A stretch of DNA of 64,000 nt, taken from assembly GCA_964421955.1 (NCBI GenBank), contig CAYQYU010000001.1, forward strand, positions 32,001 to 96,000, written 5' to 3'. The position numbers were made by a program, and so were the translations under genes. Of this stretch, positions 29,601 to 38,600 are shown piece by piece. The notes beneath the pieces are model-generated. The model made no database searches and was not told the origin of the DNA. It saw only the letters and a list, made by a program, of their open reading frames with translations. The DNA is from an uncultured archaeon (GTDB lineage Archaea > Nanohalarchaeota > Nanosalinia > Nanosalinales > Nanosalinaceae). The number at the start of each line of letters is the position of its first letter. Position 1 is the first letter of the stretch.

Positions 29601-32600
29601 CGACGCCTGAAAGCCTGTCGGCCTCCGGCCTGTCAAAGACAGCGTAGCTCACCTGCTCCTCGGGATGGGTGTCACAGCCGCCACCCTCCTCCTCACAGAG
29701 CCTGATCTCGAACGCGCTACTGTTGACGTTCCTGACCTGTGTCACCTTCGGAGACTCGGTAGAGTTCTCGGAGTTTGAGGTGGCGAAAACCATCGGCTTC
29801 TCGAACGGCTGGTTTAGATCAACCGTGGTCCATCCTCCGTCTGCAGGAGCAGTTACTTTACCGATCTCAGGTTCTGAAGAGGTCACCGCCGAAAGGTTGC
29901 TTCCTGTCTCGGTGGCGTTAGTGTTGTTGAAGTACATGTTGATCGTTGACTCCGAGTTCGCGGGTAGTGTAGATGGCTTCACCCAGAAAGTGGTATTTGT
30001 AGTATTGACGCCTGAGTCGAGGTAGTAAGGCACCTGTTTCTGTATGCTGTCGACCTGCTGCTGTGTCCCCACAGTTGTGGAAGGCTGCTGCTTGTAAGGA
30101 GCTCCATAGAGAACTCCCTCATCCGAGGCAAAGTACCCGAATTCCTCATCGGTGTGAGTGTCGTCGAAAGCCGGGGTCTCCTCTGTCGAGACGTTGAAAC
30201 CTTCGGTTGTCCTGTTCTTTATCCTTTCAGCCATGTTGTCGGGGCCATTATCGGTCTGGAACTTTCCTACCAGAGCTGGTTCATCGCCGAACTCTGTGTT
30301 GTAACCGTTGTAGAACCAGTCGTCGGTCACCCCGCTGACAAGACCTGATTCAAACACTTCTCCCTGGTTCTCTGACTCTGTTTCCATAGCAACATACCCG
30401 ACTGTCTCGGATGCATGTGCATCTCCTTCAGCTTCCTCCTCTATCTTGAACCAGCCGTTGACACCGGTAACGTTGTCCTGTCTTGTGTGGCTTCCTGCAT
30501 CAGCTTCATTGTACGAGTTGATCTGTGTCATGAAAACCGGTGTCCCAGTGAATGGCTGACTGTAGTCTACCTTTTCGTACACCTCGGATCCCGGTTTCGA
30601 AGTCGCGGTTCCTGCCTCGATCCTGGCGTCGGATAGGAGCCAGTTACCTGGCTTGATCGCCAGGTAGGAGATGTTCTCTGTAACATGGTTCCCGTCATCG
30701 CTCACGTACTCCTCCACCCGGATGTCGAAGCCGGACGAGTCGAGGCTTCTTATGCGTGGGACCGCCGCGTCATCCGGTGGATTTTCTGCGGGTTCGCCAC
30801 CCTCGTTGAAGCTGGTTATGGTACCTATCACGACCGGCGAAGAACTGTAGGAGTTCTGAAAGCTCTCGGCCGCCCAGGAATCTGTTCTCTGGACTGTCTC
30901 TGTCTCACCTATCTTCGTGGAGAACGTGTCCTCGTAGCTCGAGATGCTTGAGGCGTCGGTATCACCGTAGTAAAGGTAGAAGGTTTCCGTTGCGCCCGCG
31001 GGCATGTCAACATTCACCCAGAGATTAAGTATCTCCGAGTCAACTTCCTCAACCCAGAGTGGTCTCGAGTTCCGGTCGTAAGGGTTGGATACTGACTGGT
31101 TGAAAACCCTGATCTCCTTCCCGGAAGTGATGCCCGATAGTACCTCGGGATCGGTAATTTCTATCTGGACCGGCTCATCATTTCTCTCGGGTAGACCCGA
31201 GTTGTCCACTGTCACCGGCACCTCGATGATTGGTTTCTCAGCGGTGAACCTGACATCGCTGGCGTTGTCGTTCATCAGTCCCTGCGTTATGTATCTCTGG
31301 GTGTCTATATTTAGTTTGACGGCCTGATCAGTAAGGGTCTCTCCAGACTGCTCCTGTATATTTATCGGAATTCTTCTGCCCCAGCCGCTGTTGAACCAGT
31401 CGTCCCTGAAAGGCGATATCTTCACATCCTTCTTGGCGCGGTAGTCATCCTTCTCTGTCTCGACGTAGGCCTCGGCATCGACCTCTACAGCGAAGTCTTC
31501 AGTCCCTGAGCGGTTTGAAACTCCGTCGGTGTTGTTCGCGATAATGTTGAACTCATAGTTGCCACGTGTCCAGGTGTCGGAGAATTCGTAGCTGTAGGTA
31601 TCTCCGCCCATCAAAGCCATATCGTATGTTTCCCAGCTCGAGTTCGGACCGGTAACGTTCAGTAATACCGTGTCGACACCGGTCGCATCAGTGACGTTGG
31701 CGTTCAACGTCACGTTGTAGCCGTAGCCTGTCGAGTTTGGCTCCGCGGTGACGTTCGATATCTGTGGGACTGAAGAGACGTCGATCGCCGCAGTGGCGTT
31801 ACTCGACAGCAGGTACTCCTCGCCGCTGCCCGGGAACCTGGCCAGGAGGTCGTGAGAGCCGAGAGACGCGGTTTTCGGTATCTCATAGGTTACGTTCGCC
31901 CAGCCCGTCGAGTTCGTATTCCTGATATCGATCACGCTGTTGTTCGTCGTATCCGAGAAGTTGACCTCGTAGCCTTCCAAAGGATTGGAGAAGTCGTCCA
32001 GGAGTCTTGCCTTCAGGAATACTTCTCTTCCACGACCCACGAGTGATTTCTCTGAGTCAAAGTTGAGCGTGAAGGTCTTCGCGTAGACATCTATGTCCCT
32101 GGATTCTGTGGTATTGACCAGGCCCTTCGAGGTGTTCGCCTGGAACCTCAGGAAGTACCGGCCGACCTGCTGCGGTGTAACGTTCCAGGTCACTTTACAG
32201 GTCTCTCCGCTGGCCATGTTGCCGCACTGGTATGGGTTAGATGTGGTGAAAAGTGTGCCTGAAGGCTCCATGTCCTGCCATCCCGAGCTCGAACTCTTGT
32301 ACTCTACGCTGCTGCTCATGAAATCCGGTGTCCTGTTCGAAATCTCCGTGGACATGTCGACCCTGTACTGGATGTATCTACTGTCAGGGGCGAATACTGT
32401 CGAGTCATTCGACTGAAGGAACCAGGAGCTCCATGTAACGTTGTCGTCGGATGTCCTGGAGTATACATCGAGAGAGGTATTCTGGGGTACCCCTGCGTCC
32501 CAGTAAATGTCTTCATACTCTGTGCTCGACTGGTTTGTATCGAAGACACTCGATACGTATCGGCCGGACGGCTTGAAGCTTATCTCCTGCTCGGATCCAG

Positions 32601-35600
32601 ATCCGACCTGTGGTTCGCTGGAGACGTACTTCCTTATCCTTACATCACTGAAGGTCGCGTTCGCGTCCTCAAGGCTGTCCCCGTCTTCTGGCCCCTCATT
32701 TGAAGCGTCATCTTCTGCTGGCAGGTGGAGGTGCGTCATCGGATCCTGGCTGAAGTCTTCCAGTACTGTGTTAACATCCTGCCAGGTGTTCAGGTTCCCC
32801 GCATTGTATGGTTGATCTCCGAAATAGGTCGGCCAGTTCTGGGCTCCACACCATTCATAGTGGAAATCTTGATCGATGGAGGCTTCATCCTGTAGACCTG
32901 TAGATATTATATCTCCACAGTCATCCACGAGGAGGTTCATCTCGAGTATCTGGGAGCCGTCCGCATTCACATCGAACGAGCCAAAGTCTTCATGGACGAA
33001 CCATGAGTTACCCCAGGCCCTGAACGAGGTGCCGTTTTCAAGTATCTTGTAGTTGCCATTGAGGTTCTGACTGTTTCCGCCGTTTATCGTGGTCTCGGAG
33101 AAGTTGAAGTAGATACTGAAGACGCTGTCCGCGTCTCCCTCGTAATCTGCGTCATCGTTACCGTAGTACATCTGTACCCTGGTGTTTACACCGGATTCGA
33201 GCTCGGGCATCTTCACCCAGACCGTGGCGTTCTCGCCTGTTGAATTCCACTCCTCTATCCAGTAGTCCAGCTCCACGTTTTCGCTCGCACTACTGTTGTA
33301 CCAGCCGAACCTGATCTCGCTCCTGTCCTCTGACCATTCGAAGTTGCTGCCGACATTACTCGAGTTCAGTACAAAGTCGACGGTGTAGTTCGTGAGGTTG
33401 GTGCCCGATGGATTCGAGACGTTGAAGTCCTTCCTGAACTTCCACTCGGTGTTCCACCAGGGAGAGCCCTGGACATCTGTCTCGAGAGTTAGCGAATCTC
33501 CCGGGATCGATACATTAGTCGAACTGTTGTAATCCGAGAAACTTTCTTTGGTATCCTCTCTCCATATCTCCGTAGGCGTTGTCTGGGTCTCGTACTGCGC
33601 GGAAACGTTGACCTCGCCGCAGCTCCCGGTACATTCTACAGATCCGTTCATCAGGAACTCGTCCCCGCGCGTTTTCTGCGTGAAGTCTTGAGGTTCGTCG
33701 ATGTCGACACTCAGCGAGGTCAGGCTCTGTTCTCCAAGACCGTTGCTTGAGAGCTGTGGAGACACGTACTTTCTAAGGAAAACCCAGTCCACCCTGTCGT
33801 AGTTCGAGGTATCGTCTGTATCTCCCGCGAGGTGGAAGTAGAAAGGATCTTTAAGGGATCCTGAGGCGTTCTGGTACTGCCCTGTCTCTGAATCGTAGTA
33901 GGAGATTTCCGAAGAAGTGTGTATCAGTGAGTGTCTCTCGAAGTCTCTTGAATTAACGTCTTCGACTGTTACAGCACTTGATGTAGAAGTGTTCGAAGGC
34001 AACTGTATTCCTTTTCCATCACCTAAATTGTTTCCTCCGCCTGAGCCCTCCGCATCGAAATTTGTCCAAGTTTCACCTGACTGCAGCCAGTCGGCCGTCT
34101 GAGATCCGGCGAAACCGGTGCCGAAGTCTCCGTCACCCGAATCAGGGTTCCTTGCCCTTATTCCCGCAACTTTTGGAGCGGAAAAGTTTTCCTGCGTGGC
34201 GAAGTAAGTCCCGTCGGAGTTCCAGCCGCCTGTGAGTTCCAGGTTACCTCCGGTTTCCACCGCCTGAGAGCCCGCGTTTGTGGTCCATTTTGAAGAGTCT
34301 ATGCTTGAGTCACTGAAGTTGTCGAATAGCTCCATCGTGGCCTCCCCCTTCGACTCTGGTTCCGCTCCGCTGTTCCCATAGTAGTGGTATATCCTGGCGA
34401 CTCCGTTACCCATACCTATATCTTTCGATGAAGCCGGTATCTCGGTGACGTTGACCCAGATGGTCGCGTTCTCGCCACCTGAATTCCAGTCCTCTATCCA
34501 GTAGTTCAGTTCGGTCTCGTTGTCGATCTCCGGCTCGTAGATGGTGAAACGGGTGGCGTTCCTGTCCCTGGTCCAGTTGAAGCCCGGGCCTACACTGCCC
34601 GAGTCAAGTTCTATCTTCACCTGGAAGTTGCTGAGTTCTTGGTCCGCGGTGTTGTTAATATTGTAAGGCTTCCTGTAGAGCCAGGACTCGTTGTACCATG
34701 AATTAAATGCGGGCGGAATATCGATCTCTTCTTCGTCCTCCAAGACTGCGGCGCTGTCGTAAACTGTCTGTACCTCGGACTGGGATAGCGCCCGATCATA
34801 AACTCTTACACCATCAATTCTTCCGTCTATAAAGTTGACGCTGCTTCCGTCGAATGCCCACCATCCAACGTTGAAGTTCATGTCGTTTCCGGTGTTGACC
34901 GTACAGGATGGAAGCGTTGAGTCCACCAGCTCTGAGCCGTTACCGTAGACCCTGAGGTGTGATCCGTTCCAGGTCATCGCCATGTGGAGCCACTGGCCGC
35001 TGCTGCCGAACGTGAAGTCCTGGTCGCAGCTGCCTCCCCAGAGCTGGGTTCTCCAATCTCCCTCGCTTTGAAGCTCTCTGAGCGAGAAGTCCTGCCCGTC
35101 CGACCCTGTAGATCCTACGCTCCAGATACCTCCGTCGTCCCATGTCCCTCTCGGGTAGACCCAGGCCATAATAGTCTTCGGCTTGTTCCCGTCGATATTG
35201 AGTTCGGAGGCTGTTAGACCCGGTGTCACGTAGTCGTTGCTGCCATCGAAGCTGTACGCATCCCCTGTCCTGCTCGAAGCTTCCTGTGTCACTCCTCCCG
35301 CGAGAGTTCCGTGCCTTCCTTTAATGTGATCCCAGGCGAAGCTTCCGTTCTCGTCAAAGGTGTAGTAGAGCTTGAGATCCTCTGGAGGATTCGAACAGCT
35401 CGAGTAGTTCGAGGGCTGTGTCTGGAAACTGCAGTACTCCGTTGACCTGTTCGCGACCTGGGTGACGTTCCATCCTTCCCCGGTTAAATTGCCCTGATGG
35501 TACGCGTAGAGATCTTCCCCGTTCGCGCCGTTCAGTGTGCCGTAGATCCAGTGATCCATCGGGTCAAAATTCTCGTTCACCGGATCAGTGCCGTTCAGCG

Positions 35601-38600
35601 CCGCAACGATCTCAGAGTCCGTCGACGAGTTTATCAGGTGGCGGTACTGCATCGACTTGTTGAACCAGTCGTCGATAGTCACCTCGAAAGATCTTCTGTC
35701 CGTTACTTCCCAGTTGCCGGCCTTGTCAACACCCCATATCCTGTATCCGAGCGTTCCGTTGAAAGATGCGTTGTCCCAGTTGAAGTCCGCGACCTCCCAC
35801 CGGTCAACCGCTCCTCCGAGGTCCTCAGGCGAGCCGTATACAGACTTGTTCTCGAAGCTTCCTGTCTCGTTGGTGGCCAGGTATGCGTCCTGTATTCCGG
35901 AGACATTATCGAGGAACTCAACGGTTATCGCGGCCTGGCTGCCCTGTATGATCGAGCCTCCGGTATCATCGTCGAGCCTTCTCCACTCAGGCTTAAGGTC
36001 GTCCTTTTCAACCACCTCGAAGCTGGCGGTATTATTTTTGCTGTAACCTAGCGTGTTGTTGGCGTATACTGTAGCGGTCCATGTGCCTGGATTGCCTGCC
36101 TCGTCCGGAATCGTGTACTCGGACCAGTACTGGCTGAAGAACTCTGAGCCGTTGTTCATCCTTATATTCGTCAGCTCAGGACTGTCTTCGTCATCCGTAA
36201 GGTTCAGGAGCACCGCATCAACCTCGTCTCCCAGATCCGTCACGTTTACGGTTATATTGACTGTCGCTGTCTCCTCCACAGGGTCCGGATCAGCTTTCGG
36301 GGCCTCAACCTTCAGGGGGTTGTCCGGCTTCTCTTCTTCTGCCCCGAGAGGCGAGTCCTTCGACTGTATAGCCTTGATCTCGGCCTGGCTGAGAGCGCGG
36401 TCGTACACCCTTGCGCCGTCGATACGGGCGTCGATATAGCCCCCGTCCCACTCACCGAAGTTCAGTGTATCCGTATCTGCGGTATTGAGAGATTCAGCGT
36501 TACAGGCTATCTCTGTACCGTTCGCATATACGCAGAGCGTACTCCCGTCATAGGTCATGGCAAGATGGTGCCACTGGTCGTTGCCACCGAAAGTGAAGTC
36601 GACATCGGCGCCGCCCCAGAGCTGGGCTCTCCACTGTCCTTCTCCACCGCCTTCACCGGGTCCGAGCTGCCTCATGGAGAAATCCTCTCCTGCTGTTCCA
36701 GTACCACCTGTACTCCAGACTCCAGCGTTATCCGCCCACGATCTCGGGTAGACCCAGGCCATGATGGTCTTGGGCTTCGAACCGGAGGTGTTGAAAGCTG
36801 AAGCGGTGAGTCCTGTGTCCACCTCCTCGTTTCCACCCGCTAACGAGTAGCTCTGCCCCTGTATACCTGTCGCGCCCTGTGTGACCCCTCCAGCCAGAGT
36901 TCCATGCCGGCCTTTGATTTGATCCCACGCCACTGGTCCCTGTTGATCAAATGTCCAGAAGCCCTGAAGGTCTTGAGGCGGGCGCGGACACCTTGTATTG
37001 TTCTCGGGAAGCGTCTGAATCTGGCATAGTTCCTCGGTCTCGTTCTTTATACGAGTGGCGTTCCAGCCTCCCCCATTCGAATCCTGATGGTAAGCGTATG
37101 TCGGATCTGTCTCATTCCCCACTGTCCCGTATATCCAGTGGTCCATCGGATCGAAACCTTCTTGTATAGCGCTTCTACCCGATATAGAGCCAAAGCTCAG
37201 GTTGCCTGTAAGGTTATGCCTGTATTTGAAGCTGACGTCGAACCAGTCCGGTTCGAGCGAGTAGAAGCTCGTGGAGTTTGTATCTTCTACCCCGACAGAG
37301 TTGTTCGCAGCGATGTCCGCGGTCCAGAGACCTTTCGAGCTGTCATCGATATCCATGGTATGGGCGTAGTAGTACTGTTCCGGTATCTTCGAGTCGTTTA
37401 TCATGACCGCGTTTTGGAGCTCCAGTGTTCCCGAATCATCTGTAAGGTTGAGAAGTACCGTATCCAGTTCTCCGGGAGTGGAAACATTTACCGTTACATT
37501 GAACTCTCTACCTACTACCGGTCTTTCCTCTATTTCCGGCTCGTTCACCTGGACAGGAACTGACTTCTCGAAGCCCCAGTAGGTGTAAAGAGCGTTGTCT
37601 ATCCTTATATCCGCAGTTGCAGAACTTGTGGTGTTCGACCAGTCAAGCCCGAACCCGGTCCTGTTCAGCTCGGTCAAGGTGGCCCGCTCTTCACCTATGA
37701 TGTTACCGTCAACATCAGTGTAGAGAAGCCTGAATGCACTCTCATTCGATGATCCCGAGGCGTGGCCATCTACCGAGCTTGAGTGTGATGAGAACCCTAT
37801 CGACTGCTGGGACGAGACGTTTCCCGCTCCGGTCATCCATCCCCAGTGACCCTCCGGGTTGTTGTCGCCCGAGTAGCCTTCCTGTGCCGTACTGTTAACT
37901 GTGTTCGAGGCGAGGAAGGATACCGATTCGAGGTACTTGTCAGTATTTTTGAACTCTGTCGTGGCCGATGCAGGAGTTGTGCCTGTACCTATATCAGGTT
38001 CCGCGGACGAGTTGACCGCCCAGTAGGTCACTAGGAACTGGGATCCCTCAGCGGTGTCGGGGTTGACATTCGTATAGTCAAGATTGAAGCCCGTGGAGTC
38101 GAAAGATTCGAGCTCAGCCTGGAGTCTTCCATCTATATTACCTGAGTCAGCCTTCCATAGAGTGTGTATTATCTCTGAGTCGTTGGCGGCCCAGACGTGT
38201 GAGTCGATACTCGATGACTCCAGGGTGGTGGACATCGTCATCTGTTCCAGCTTGCCGCTGTGGTTCGCCGCGAATCCGTGGGTCCAGCCGTGATCTGTAC
38301 TGTCCTGTGCCGAGAACCCGAGGTTCTGAATATCTGGAGAGGTTACGACCCGGAGGAAGTTCGGCTTAAATCCTGTACTGATTGATTGAGTTCCTGTCGA
38401 AGACCGGGTCTGGAAGCTCCCAACATCGACCTCTGTGTCGTCAGGAAAGTTATAGGCAGTGTAGGTTACGTATTCCTGTTGCTGGGTCTCTTCGAACTCA
38501 ACGTTAAAGCCTGAACTGTAGGTACCGGTTACAGTACCGTTTATGTATCCATTAAAAGTTCCTCCGGCATCAGTTGTGAATACCTGTAAAACGCTGGAGC

